DNA of 64,000 nucleotides from Takakia lepidozioides (lineage: Eukaryota; Plantae; Bryophyta): NCBI GenBank assembly GCA_030704615.1, contig CM060731.1, positions 37,138,001-37,202,000 of the forward strand, written 5' to 3'. The notes under the pieces were generated by a model, which had not been told where the DNA came from, searched no databases, and saw nothing but the letters and a program-made list of their open reading frames with translations. Positions 13,701 to 25,937 of this stretch are shown in pieces; positions within the stretch are counted from its first letter, which is position 1, and each line of letters opens with the position of its first letter. The translations under genes were made by a program, and so were the position numbers.

Positions 13701-14550
13701 TCTCTTTTTTCTCTTTTCCAAGGTCCCTCCCCTGTAATTTCATACGATTACTGTACAGACGAAATCTGTACATAACATAGAAGTAGTTCCGCACCTGTTG
13801 TTCACAAGTTGACGACTGATATCTGCTTCAGTTTAGGTCCATTGAAAGAACCCACCTGTGTGTCAGGCCCCAGCATCTGCTCAGCCAGTGAGGAAGCTTT
13901 GGCAAATTGACCTGCCCACACAAGCTCCCTGACTTGAGGGAGTAGCGCCATGGCCAGCCGATTGTTCCAATCTTTAGGTGCTCCAGACCATAATGTTTCT
14001 TCTACAAATGCAACAAAAGGTTTCTTTCAGTAGCTAGACAAATCATGGTAAAAAACGCAATATACGAAACGACCCAATTTGCCCCCAACAGAAAGGTTCC
14101 AACTGAATTCGATTATTGGGTATGTCGGGTTGTGCTTGTTCTTGCTGTGTGAGGAAGAGAGAAGAGAGGGAGAGAAGGGCCCCATCGCTTTTCGATTTCT
14201 TGATAGAAAACTATCTTTTGGTGCACATTCTTGAAGTTTGTCAATAAGCCAAAATTTGCACGAATACTTCAGTCCAACATGAAACTGAACATTTCAGTAC
14301 AAAATGGAAAAGGAAATGTGAGATTACGACAATGTGTCCAAACCTAACACGTTAACCTTCAAAGAAATGGCCAAAATTTGACGGTTTGGATCCCACCGTT
14401 AAGTTGCACAAGCTCGGACTCCACACCACCAAAGACCATAGCTCCAAGACGCCCGCTTCCCAGGGGCAGAGCTTCAAGCCAAAGCTCAGCAGGCTAAAAA
14501 AACTCCACCTTCATCTGATCTTTCACATGTGATCTCCCAGGGCTGTCCAT
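7754..14550 (-). CDS. GH95 alpha-1,2-L-fucosidase (FUC95A/AXY8-like), ~11 exons; contains an in-frame TAG in exon 1 and a frameshift near 12785, so possibly a pseudogene
   Basis: Approximate exons: 14397-14550 (EALPLGSGRLGAMVFGG), 13857-14000 (ETLWSG), 12346-13439 (YQPLGD...YQFGRYLLIASSRPG..SNLQGLW), 11515-11650 (NINLEMNYWPAE), 10828-10985 (HHNADIW, GGAWLSLHLWEHY), 10110-10335 (TNPSTSPEH), 9693-9795, 9281-9415 (HRHMSHLFGLYPG), 8543-8748 (GWSMAW, NLFNAHPPFQIDGNFG), 8092-8280 (AEMLVQS..LLPALP), ~7754-7890. Confidence 0.9.
11975..12330 (-). mobile_element. 3' fragment of a LINE inside a fucosidase intron
   Basis: RLCPVCTTQEVETQYHLFFSCPAY matches the C-terminal CCHC (CxxC...E...H.F..C) motif of LINE ORF2. 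Confidence 0.6.
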
Positions 14551-16095
14551 GATGCCGCCCTAACTCCTCTCTTTTCCCTTCGCCTATCAAACCAGGTCTG
14601 GGAATTGACAAGCTAACAGTACTAATTCTGTCCACTTCTGCACCATTTTCTACCCTGCAAGATCCTTGATTCTAATGCAAACTACCCAACTCACATCTCC
14701 ACATCTCTTGTCTCAACGCTCCATCAATCTGTCTTTTTGCAGAAAGGATTCTGCAAATGCGTAGTCTATACTTCAATTTCCTCTTACTCCCACCAAGGTA
14801 AGAAACAGTAGTTATTGAATCGTCGTTTGTTACCCGTGAAAGATGTCGGTGAATCACTAACGGGGAAAAGCTTGAAAAAATCTGTTAACAACCTCCGCGG
14901 TTACCCCAGTTTATTGAGGTTTCCAAATGAGAAAGATGATGTCAGAACTGATGATTGGAATACTATAAATGCCATTGAATGCATGAGAACTGCCATGCAG
15001 CAAAATATGTACGCGTGCAGCAGCCCTTCTCTGCAATTACTTCTGTCACCTTTACTTCCACAATTGGCGGACTTGAGAAGAAAGAATGTCGCATGCTCTT
15101 ATTACGGGTTGTTGGGTGTAGGATAGAGATGCCCTTCCAAGTCATTTATGTAATAGAATGGTCTGTACTCGAGATGAGTTGTTGGTCAAAAGAAGGTGTA
15201 GGAGCTTGTGCTACAGTGTTAACCTGTGATGATTCGTGAGCTGCGTTGTACTGTGCACTTCAATTCAGACAGCTTATGCAGGAAGCAAAATTACCTGAGT
15301 AGCATGTCTCAAGCATCCTGCACAAAGCATCGAAGTGACGGAGGTTCTCTCTCATCAGGACTCCAAGCAACACAAAGAAAACATACGTTTTGGAGGAAGT
15401 AAAATGGAGTGGGATTCATGATCTCTCGAACCGTGCAGAGAATAGTTATCCAAAGTGACAACCGCATAAACTGACAAATCTGATGGTGTTGCTGGTAGAG
15501 AGATATACATGTCGGAGAGCCAGGGCTCTGAGTACGTCTTATTGCCTGATAAACCCTTATTGGCAACTATCACTTTAGCTGACGCCAGCGTCCTCAGGAT
15601 CTAAAGACTGCAGTGAAACGATTCCATCTTTTCCTCAACAGCCAGAGTGTCGTGCATGTTCACACACTTTATGGAACCAACAAGAATCTACCAGTAGATG
15701 AACCTGTCAACTTACATAGGGGAAAAAAACAGATCCCTTCCTCCGAGTATAGCGAGCTAGTGGTGAGCTACAAGGACAGCCAGCTGATGGATGCAAATTT
15801 GCAGCCAACTGACGTACAAGCGTCCAACCTCGAAATAGGTGCGTGCACAGAACCATGAATAGAGAGAACTACTACTTGGACAACATTCAGCAAACTATAG
15901 GAGTACTCGTAACTAAATTGCCCTACTAGTCCCGGCCTCTAAACAGCTTTTAATTGTTGCACGGCCCGGGCTAGAATCAGCATTCTTGCGATCCCAGTTC
16001 ATATGGATACATTCTGAAACATTGGTCAATCTCCATACAAGATCCACACTAAAGAACAATATGGGACATGATCTTACGGAGTCGCCAGGTTTGAA

Positions 16096-17852
16096 TTACA
16101 TTTTCAGGTTCGTGGCATACACTGGCATGGGGTATTTGTCAATGAAATCAGACCAGGGATTTGAGGAAGGACCCTTCTGGGATCTGCTCAGGGACTTCCA
16201 GATTGCACTGTTGCACTTTAGACCTGAACCGAGTGCAATTTGCCACACCCGATCCCCTCTTCGCACACGTCCTTTAGCTTCCATGTATGCCAACACATAC
16301 CACAGTGCACTGCTGGACGTGTTCCCAAATCTGTGAAGGGTCATGCGTGAAGGCTCCATGTGCCACTTTGTCAGCTGCAGGTTTTCCTCTATGCCGTCCA
16401 GAACCGCCTTACCGCCGGGGTGAATACAAAAGTGATTAAAAGCCTTCTTGAAGTCGGGAGTGTATGACTTGTATTTCAAGTTGAGAAATTTCCGAGCCAC
16501 GAAATTGGCAGCAAATTTGACCTGTTCGGAAATGGGTAGAATGAGAGGGGCGAGTTTGGTGATGTTTATCTTGAGAGCAACGGCTGCAGCAGGCATAAGA
16601 TCCTTGGAGAGAGAAACGCCAACGATACCATCCTCGTCTTCCTCTTGATTGACACACTTAAAGCTCTTATCATCGGCACCTCTGTGAGTGCGCACGACAT
16701 GAAGCAGCTCGTACTTGGCTCTTTTTCGATCTCCTGGACAAGTTCAACAAGACCACACAAAGAAATGTCAGTTACGAGAGCGCACTTGGGTAGCAGCCCG
16801 CAAGTTGTGCGGCACAAGACAGCGCAGAGGACATGAGAATAAAACCATATGTAGCTAATGGATACTTTAAAATGTCCATGCACACAGTGATCAACCTGGA
16901 AATTCCTGTGAAGAAACTAACCCCTTTTGTTGGACAAGAGGACTGCGGAGCCGCCCCATCGGAAAATGCAGTTGGAAACCATCATTGAACGGTTGTTTCC
17001 TGTGTATCCTTGTAGGCCACTGATAACTTCCAGGCTCACTGCAACAGCATACGTATTCTTACGCACTTTCAGGAGATCCCGGCATAGGTTAATGGCAATG
17101 ACACCGGCACTGCAACCCATTCCTCCAAGACTGTAAGCCTCGATGTCTTCTCTCAGCTTGTACCTGTTTACTATAATGGCAGACAGAGAAGGCGTCGGAC
17201 AGAAGACGCTACAATTCACTACTAGTATGCCTATATCTTCAGGCCTCACCATCCCCGTGGAAAAAAGCCCGTCGAGGACACCAAACATCACTGTTTCAGC
17301 CTCCAAGCGAGCCGCCGTGAAGCTACGATCAGGTGGCACGCTCGTCGTTGAAGGTGCTACATAAGTCTCGTCGCCTATCCCCGAGCTGGCCAGAATTTTA
17401 TCCTGGAATGTCATACTTTTCTCTACGAAGAACCCCGACTTCCTCACCAGATACGCATACTTCTCCTTCGTTATCTTTTGAGAGTCGTCGGCTTTGAAGC
17501 AGCAGAAGTCCAGAAGGTAGGTGGGCCGGCGCTGGAACCAGTAGTACTGTAGAACAACACAAACCAGAAGGGCAAGCAAGCCAACTATAACATTCGCTAA
17601 ATCGAAATGGGGCAACGCTTCTTCCCATTGCGGCACAGATACCTTGAGGGGGAATTTCCTCCAAAGAAAAGAACCTGTCTGGGCGCCAGCTACCACCAGC
17701 AGGGGCAGCAAAGCTCGAGACCTCACCTCCTTAGAGCTTAGAGATCTGAAGCTAACCAACTTAGAAAGGGAACGTTGCAAAACGGCACCATCTTTCCCAG
17801 TCTGCACCGCCATCTTCTCACTAGACAGGCTACTCTCCAACTTCACTCCCAT
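16096..17852 (-). CDS. 3-ketoacyl-CoA synthase (KCS/FAE1 family), 2 exons (17852-16922, 16733-16096)
   Basis: TM segments, [22 protein letters not shown], catalytic [47 protein letters not shown]. The GT-AG intron splices in frame (NKR G|GD RKRAKY). Confidence 0.95.
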
Positions 17853-18124
17853 CGTGACTTGACAAGGCAACAAACCAAGACTGAGTGAGGAGGGACGAGG
17901 AGCTGCCCTCAAGCAGCTGGACTCGCTCGCAGCTCAGCGAATGCTCCCAAGCGACTGCTCATCTGCTCTTATTGCGGTCTCCCGCCGAGTGCATTATCAG
18001 CTCTTCAAAGCCATCTCGCCCACTCAGCAGTACTGCGAGCTTCAAATCTAGACAACCAGCTTCCCCAATAAAATCAATGTCTTGGGTACTCCTCCCGCAA
18101 GTCATTCCATTCGGCACTAATCAC

Positions 18125-18830
18125 ATCTCCCTGCGCCGCTGCCGTGTAATACCACAATCAACGCTAACCACATGCATTACCGACGACCGTTCCCTCTCAC
18201 ACTCCTCCCTGTAACGGTTCACCGGACCCGTCACTCCGGCCTTCCTTCTCCTTTCCGGTCCTGCCCCCCCCGAAATGTATCTGATCCTGAAGCTCAATTG
18301 CTTGTATTCCCATATCATTTTTTATTTATTTTTTTACTTTAATTGTTTTTGTTTCAGCCCCGGCAACTGGGCCTTGAAGGATTGTGGCTGCATGAAATGA
18401 TATTAATTTTCTTAGGGCCATTAGAATGCATTAAAAAATGTGCAAGGAAACATAACCTTGCGAAGGAGCCATGAAGGCTAACAAAGGAGGCATCTGCCCC
18501 ATAACCACCCCCTATCAAATAACATTAAGCTGGCTTCGGCCTGTTTTAAAATATAACATAATAAAAATAAAAAATTATCGCAAATTATGATATGGGAATA
18601 CAATTGCTGCAGTGTTTCCTTGGAAGAAAAATAACAAAATAATAAAAACACAAAGCAATTGAACCAAGGACCAGATATGTTTCAGGGGGGCAGCAGGGCG
18701 GGCACCGCCGGGAAGGAGATTCAAGGCCGGAGTGGCTGTTCTGTCGGTTACCGGCGACTAAATGCTAATTATATGATTATCAGCGGTAATTAGGTTGATA
18801 TTGATTAGTGGCGCAATCAACGCGGTGCGA
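18125..18830. mobile_element. Fold-back / long-TIR (Mutator-like) non-autonomous element just upstream of KCS
   Basis: ~18130-18325 is a degenerate inverted copy of ~18585-18830 (e.g. ttgtattcccatatcat vs atgatatgggaatacaa; cactccggcctt vs aaggccggagtg). Confidence 0.6.
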
Positions 18831-18939
18831 CTGGATGCCACTGTTTCTGTCCCCCTCCGCCACCTTTCCTGCCCTCCATAGAAGCGTCAATTTATGGTGC
18901 CCCAAGGGTAGGAAGGTTGGACACCTTTGCGACACCGAT

Positions 18940-18999
18940 TGGAGGATTGAACCCACACCCAGTTGCGAGGTGGTATGTGCCCATTACCGCTGGGCCACA
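18940..18999 (-). mobile_element. tRNA-derived SINE head / tRNA-like relic
   Basis: Minus strand shows A box TGGCCCAGCGG and B box GGTTCAATCC. A related copy lies at ~49135-49190. Confidence 0.55.
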
Positions 19000-19284
19000 A
19001 CAGGTGGGCAGCAAAAATTTTAACGTGTTATTTTGCTACAGGATCACTCCCTTGAATTTCTTGATGACTTGGAACTGGGTGGAGTATATTATGTGAGGAA
19101 ATCTTCCACTGTTATGCACGTAATGGATGACATATGTCCTGCCCAGGATTTTTCATTCAGGTCTCCAGTCTTGCTGCATTCATGCAATGGACAGGCTCGG
19201 GCCGACTGGACAGGCTCGGGCCATGGCTGCCTGTGCTCAGGGAGCCTGGACTAACCAGGGTTTGTGAGGGGGCAGCCCGAACTC

Positions 19285-19623
19285 CAGTGTTTTCATTTCT
19301 GGCGAAATTTCGCACTTTTTCGACCTGAAAAAATAAAATGGAATATTCTCTCTAAATTCCCTGGTTTTTCATGGATGAAATCGCTAAATAGAAAATAATA
19401 AATAGAAATTCTGGACAATTTCGCCAAAAATGGATGATATCAATGGATGAAAGTACATAAGGGGATGATTCTATCCAAATTCCAGCGGACTAACAGAAAA
19501 TATGGCTATTTCCTGCAAAACTCAGTGCTATTTTCCAAATTTGGAAAAAAAAGGGGCCTGATTTGTGAGCCGTCGCTCTCCCAGGTGTTTCCCTTTAAAA
19601 ACAAATTTTTAAAACAAACACTG
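19285..19623. mobile_element. MITE with CAGTG...CACTG termini (family also at 25561-25937, 27533-27799, partial at ~6985-7244 and ~21000-21170)
   Basis: Shared termini cagtgtttt..ggcg / aaaa..cactg and shared internal blocks (atggatgaaatcgc; gttgaatatcagaagcctgatt). Confidence 0.65.
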
Positions 19624-19784
19624 GCCCAAAGTTGGCATATTTGGAGTCAACGTTTTCTTTTTCTTTTTTCTTTTTCCAAGGAAATATTAGCACCGGCCCC
19701 AACAACCAGTGGGGCGAGGGGGAAAATTAACCCCCTTTCTGAGCCATGGAGGCATTACTTACAGGGGGCAGAGAGACAGATGAC

Positions 19785-19846
19785 AGGGGATTGAACCCCG
19801 GACCCACAGGGAAATACACAAGTGGCTTACCACCAGGCCACAGCCC
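19785..19846 (-). mobile_element. tRNA-derived SINE head / tRNA-like relic
   Basis: Minus strand reads GGGCTGTGGCCTGGTGGTAAG...GGGGTTCAATCCCC, i.e. Pol III A and B boxes, but no complete cloverleaf. Confidence 0.55.
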
Positions 19847-22379
19847 TTGTTGTGTTCATTTTTCTTCTTCAATAGTGGACCAGTGACCTTTTCTACAGGC
19901 CTGGCAAGCGCAATATTACATAATTGGGAATCCGATTTTTCATTGCCTTTTACAGATGACTGTGGGCTGACGTGAGGCCTGAGAGTCTCTCATCTTTTAC
20001 CCACTAGAGTAGTATAAATGACAGGGATTGGAGAATGTGTGAAGAATTTCCAGGGACATACAAGAATGTGTCAAAGGAAATTACTGCCATACTCCTGGAA
20101 AGAAGCTAAGTACCTCTAGTTACTAAGGGTAACCCTATCTTTTATGGCAGGGTTGTGACAGGCAACAGGATTATTGCACCCATTTCAAGGCAACCCAAGC
20201 ATGTACTGTATTCTTCACGTTCACTCATGATGATTGCAAAGAGCAAAAGATGATACTATGGTTCCTGTCAGATGCTCAGTGTCTCACAGTCTGGACAGGT
20301 GCTTTCATAAACCAGGTTGGTTTTTATTGATTTTTCAATCGTTTCCTAGCTCATAGGTAACATGGGTATTAGGTTCCGATGCGACACTGTCCCACTGCCA
20401 CACTGCATAGTGCACACCCTGAGGAAGTTTCAGTTCAGATGGCCATTACTACACATGTATTTTGTATTCATTGTCTAACAGAAATGAGCAGCATAAATAG
20501 TAACTTTGGTTTTTTTGGTGATTTTGAGTTATAACAGACGGCGGCAGGCTTTATATGGATGTTTTCATTCTTATGTTCAAAATGTATTCAGGATGAGAGA
20601 TTGTGCCGTGATTTATGCTGACTGGCTTAGGTCTTGGAAAAAAGTATAGAAATATGGATCTCCCATGCAATTAGCTGACTCCAGCGCTGCAATTTGAGAG
20701 CTTCAATGGGTTTTAAGCTAAAATTATTCTAAAGGAGTGTCCACCCAGATGCTCCTAGATTCAAATTCTTGGATAGAGCGTTGTACAGGGGTTCCTTAAC
20801 TCTTAACCTCTGTCATGGCCGGAATTGAGCAGCTACAAGTAGATGAAGCACGGCTTAACAAGAGCAACTACATCACTGCAAATTGGGCGTTGCTTTACTC
20901 TATTTGATCTTTTCATGAAAATGGGCTGAGGCTGAAGCAGCGAGGGTAGTGAGTCCCTTGGAACAGGGAGGCAGAATAAGAAACAATACGAGGCCCAGGT
21001 TTCGATTCGACCTGGAAAATGGGTGAGCTACTTCAACAAAGGAACTGTGGGTGGTAAAAATCGAAAAAATCGCCATAAAGCGCCAGTAGTTGAATATCAG
21101 AAGCCTGATTCTGCCTACGTGGACCTGTTAAAAGCCTGTTAATTAGCCACCTTTCTAACCCTGCCACTGAAATGTATGTACTAAGTTTTCCTCAGGCTTT
21201 GCCTGGGCTTCTTAAAAATGTTGTCTTTAACGGGATATGTTGTTTTGAGCCTCAGTAGTAGCTGTCCGGCTCCAGAGTCAGCTTTAGCCGATCCGAGTAA
21301 TATATGAGTTACAAATTCCTAGAAAATAGTTCAGGTTTACGGTGTGGTTTGGGCACCAACAACACAACAGTGAGTAGGTACTGGACGTTGCGACTCGGTT
21401 TGGAGTGCTCCCATGATTGGGATATGGGACCCACTCACACTATTTTATGTCGGATATTTGTTGATCAAGGTGTTGAAAATGAGCTCTACCCAGGAGCATG
21501 CTATCAGTTCCGTTGCAGCGAATTCCCTTCATTTATATTATACCAACACGATCTCTACGGGAATAGGATAACATTGGATCTTGAAACATCTCAGTGTGAT
21601 GTCATTTCACTTCAGTTTGACCTGGAGCGCCATCGTATCAGTATTGTCGTAGACTTACATTTGTGTATCATGGTGAGAATTTCGTGCTCATCTACTGTTG
21701 CAAAATTTGAGAAAAGATCCGGCTGGTTAGCTCTCAAGATCGGAAGCTAAAATTGCGCTCAAGCTTCAGTTTTGCAGAATATGCTCTGGCATAAAGCAGT
21801 CTTATATTCTACAAGCAAAACCCATCTGCAGTTTTTATAGGATCTGTCTCAACATGCTTTCAACACATTTCCTGACAGCGCCTGATGGGAAAACGATGAG
21901 CAATCAGCAAATACGCTACCTCAACGTCCGGGGAGAACCGGCAGCCAGTTACATGCTAGCCGACTGACCGGGTGCCCTACTTTTAAGAAGGATATTTGCC
22001 TTTCCATTTCATTACAGACTGGAAATCTGCCTTAGTTGGCAAGGCCTGGACGGATTCCGGCCCTTCTTATATTACAAAAAACGGAAATGGCCGTCGAAGT
22101 CTGCCACATGGCAGAAATCCAACGTGCTAGGCCGGGTTACATCCGAGGAAGGGCGTTTACGTGAAAATATATTGAACTCAAGAGGGCGGGCCCGCTGGCA
22201 AACCCTACTAAGTCTGGACGTTGCTCTCGCAGCCCCCAGCCCCACGCCTGCTTGCACTCGCTGCCTGCTATCACAGCTCACCTGTCCACGCGGGTTCAAC
22301 TCTTGGCCTCCATGTGGTTTGAAGGCATTGACAGGTCCAACTTCTATAAGGATACAATTCACTTGTTTGAATTGCTTAA

Positions 22380-23201
22380 CCCTTAAGTTCCCAAGCCCTT
22401 TTTTGACTTTTTACCAATTTTGGGTACCCAGCTGCGGTAAATTGCCCCTAGAAACCTACCAAAAATCATCCAGAGATTCCAGCCTTATAGTACTGGGCGC
22501 AGCTCATTTATGCATGACATACTAAAAAAGGAGCCAAGTCCACCGTGGAAATTGTGAGATTATAGCGTCGGCCCGGACCTCAAATATCAGGTCCCAAAGA
22601 AAAAGTGAGAAAGAAATTGGTTTGACCAAATCAAAACGTAGCTTTATCCAATTTTACTTGCCCCAAGACCCACCATTTCCAAATCAATAGTGGAGTGGCT
22701 ATGACCCCACTAAATTGCAGGTCCAACTGATTTTTTCACCTATGGTTGCTATGCATGCAATTACATGGGGGTTGAAATCTCAAAATTGACGAGAGAAAAT
22801 GTGCCTTCAAATGAAGTACTTTTTTTTCTACAAATTTTTTGAAAGCCAATGGTGGATGTGTGTATGCTCACACACCAGATGGTGAAGTGCTTTTTCCAAA
22901 ATTGCTAATTTTTATGCCAAAAATGGCCTTTGGAGTGCAATCTGTTTTGGGCTTGTTTTACTGCCACGTCAGCGGTCAACAAGCCCTTTTCAGGCCCAAA
23001 ACGTAAAAATGAGATCTAAGATATTTTTCGTAGGTCGCAGCTTTTGTTTTTTTTTTTTTTTTTTTTTTTTTGCATCATACTCGAGACAAATCCCTTATCA
23101 TTAAAGCTTCAGGAGTGGGCCCCATCAGATTAGATCTGCAAAAATTAGGTCCAACCTCAAATTCAAAGTGACCCGATTCAGGTCGCTTGGGAACTTAAGG
23201 G
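22380..23201. mobile_element. Non-autonomous TTAA-specific (piggyBac-type) DNA transposon
   Basis: Perfect 17-bp TIR CCCTTAAGTTCCCAAGC / GCTTGGGAACTTAAGGG flanked by TTAA on both sides (22376-22379, 23202-23205). Confidence 0.8.
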
Positions 23202-24199
23202 TTAAAAACTGGTTGTGATTATTTCTTATTATTATTATTTACTTATTGTTGTGCATTTGTCACTTGTGTTGTCAACCAGTTGATATTTATAAGGGCCGGA
23301 TTTATAGCTGAACACAAAATAAATCATTAGGAATATTACCGGTTGTAAAGAATTTATCCCGGAAATTCACCGGGTATAGTTACCACTAAGGGGCAGCAAC
23401 CGACTGCCCAACCCACTTAGCCGATTGCTGCTGGGAATGAGCGGCTACTGGCTGGTTCAACTGAAATTATTTCCCGGACGCTGCGCTACCTATACCAGTA
23501 CAACTCGATTGGTCTACGTCTACCTCTCTTCCGGCACCGCTCTTCTGTGCTTGTCTGCAGTTGCACTCATTAGAGTGGATGACTTACATTCTTTAACCGT
23601 GGACCGCACGGCCACACTCCCTTCGCAGAGAGCACTCTCAACTGATACTACCACAGTCCACTTTTGTCAACGTTTTAATGTGCCCTAGGGCGGCAACAAT
23701 CCAACACAACTTTTCCTTGAGGTTTTAATGCAAGAAAGAACAGATCGTGGTGTAAACTTGGACAGGTCAGTGTGTACAGACTGGTAGACACTGATGAGTG
23801 CAGACCGTCAATAATGCTCCACAGGATTGAATGCAAGCTGTAGTGTAGTGCTGGATGATGACGGCCGAGCCCAAATAGCACCGAGAATCATGCTAAAAAC
23901 ATGAGATTAGCAGACTACATTTACTGCCCTCATGGGCCTACTACCTTCTTCTCCCTTCCCGCCTGTGCCCTCCACATAACCCCAACCTCATCCCGGGCTG
24001 AATCCTTCAACACCTTCAACCTTGCATCTGTTTCATGTTTCATCTCTATATATAATGTCTCATGTTTCATCTCTTATACATTGTTTGGGAATGACGTTTA
24101 TATGTCGATTGACTTACTTATATAACTAAAGTTCTTCACACAAATATATACTCGCCGAACACCGCCCAAGGGAAGGGGGAGAAGATCATATCACACAAG

Positions 24200-24262
24200 A
24201 AGGTTGCAAGATTTGAGCCCAGATAGGCCCTGAGTGTACTATCCAACTGAGCTACGGACTAG
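24200..24262 (-). mobile_element. tRNA-derived SINE head / degenerate tRNA
   Basis: Minus strand reads GTCCGTAGCTCAGTTGGATAG (strong A box) followed by a degenerate B box GGCTCAAATC. Confidence 0.5.
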
Positions 24263-25560
24263 TTGTGACGATCTCAGTAAGTCATATATCTTAAAAACAT
24301 ACTGTACATCGATATTATAAATACAGTAGACGTATACATTATAGTTTTTAGAGGATTCAACCCTACATAGTGTCGTCTAGGTAGGTGTCTCCCTGGCCAG
24401 TTACTAAGTCTGATCTGGTCGAAGCTCCCTGAAGCAAAACTAAACAAAATTAAATTTTCAATTCACAGTGGGCATTCTGTTTTCTGTCTATTTTCTAGGC
24501 CTGCAAGAAAATACTGTTGACTCTGGGTTCCTCAGTAACACTGGTTGGCCAATGGACACACAGGCCCGGCGCCGGATCGCCTTGGCTCGCAGCCATGGAC
24601 CGAGCCTGCCATTGCACTCCCGGCATTGGAGCACTTTGCTGCATGCAGGAGAAGTGGGTCCCTGGGCAGAGTGCATTGAATGGAAATTGCAGTGTTAGAC
24701 GATGATACCACTGCTCCACGTAATGAGAAGTAGGAAGAAACGCATTGGGATCACTCGTCCGCTATCTCGAACTGGCGTTTGTTGGCATATTGGTAGGGCA
24801 CTTTATGCACGGCCACAGGATGGATCTTGGATCCCTTCCGATATTGAAGCTCGGAATGTTGTTTGCGAGGCAGTCATTGAATGGGTTGGTACAAAAGCTG
24901 ACGAGGTGCTACCCGCTCTCAGCTCCTTCTCAAGCGGCTACGAGTGACTAGCATTGTGTTCATAAATATGAAGTGAATCATTTGAGTAAAAGCTGCGAAA
25001 AGCTCACGATTGCTCTTCATATTCCAATACCGGATTGGGGTGGCCCAGTTCAAAAAGAAGAAGTGGGTCTGATAATTAAATTCTCCACTCTCCGGGACGG
25101 TACTGTACTTGTGTGAGCATTTGAAGAGAAGAAACAACCCGCTGGGTGGATGTACTAAATGGATTGAAAGGATGTCGTGTTGCGTGATTAGTGGAAATTA
25201 TTGGATTCAATGTCTCAAAATATGCATTGATACAATGGTTTTAGACTGACTTGTGGGTCAGTTCCATGTGTGCCAACTTTGCATACTCCGACGTCTCAGG
25301 AGTATGCAAGGGATATGAATCATGTCAGTACTACGGTACTCTGCAACTCCGCTAATTGTTGACTGTCCAAGTGGATTCCTGGTGATACTGGATTCCATCG
25401 GCCAGTTAGAGTGTGGTAGTAAGTATCTTCTCCCGCTTTAGGCTAGCACTGTACTCGTCTCCTCTTGGCGAGATCTTCTAAAGAGGTTCGAAGTTCTTTC
25501 TTTCTTTCCCTTTGCAATTTTTTTTCTTTAAGTTCGAAGTACACACTACAAACGGACCTC

Positions 25561-25937
25561 CAGTGTTTTTCTTCTGGCGGGAAAGTCGCCAGATTTCGAC
25601 CTGGAGACTTGTACAAAGGAATTATGGGGGTTAAAAATCAAAAAATTCGCCACAAAGCGACAGTAGTTGAATATCAGAAGCCTGATTTTGCCTATGTGGA
25701 CCTGTATAAACGTGCCACCTGTTATTTATCCTCTCTTCTAACCCTGCCACTCCTAATTCTCGCCACATGGGCACTGGGTAGAATTTACTTGTCCCCTGTG
25801 GCGATTTTTTTTCATTTATTTTTCCTTTTTGTTTTTTGGAAACATGAAAAACAAATCCCCATAATCCAAACAGAGTTCCACAGGGCCATGCCCCTCTTTA
25901 ATAATTTATTTTTAAAATTTAAAAAAAAAACACACTG
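25561..25937. mobile_element. CAGTG-terminated MITE
   Basis: cagtgttttttc...aaaaacacactg termini; internal similarity to ~21000-21170 and, inverted, to ~6985-7244. Confidence 0.6.

Noticed and set aside
19785-19846. Functional tRNA gene
   Set aside because: A and B boxes are present but there is no convincing acceptor stem or anticodon arm.
21304-21750. 148-aa ORF
   Set aside because: No recognisable motif or splice context; cannot be supported without a database search.
24468-24951. Cluster of short GC-richer ORFs that might be a gene fragment
   Set aside because: No recognisable homology and no consistent frame.
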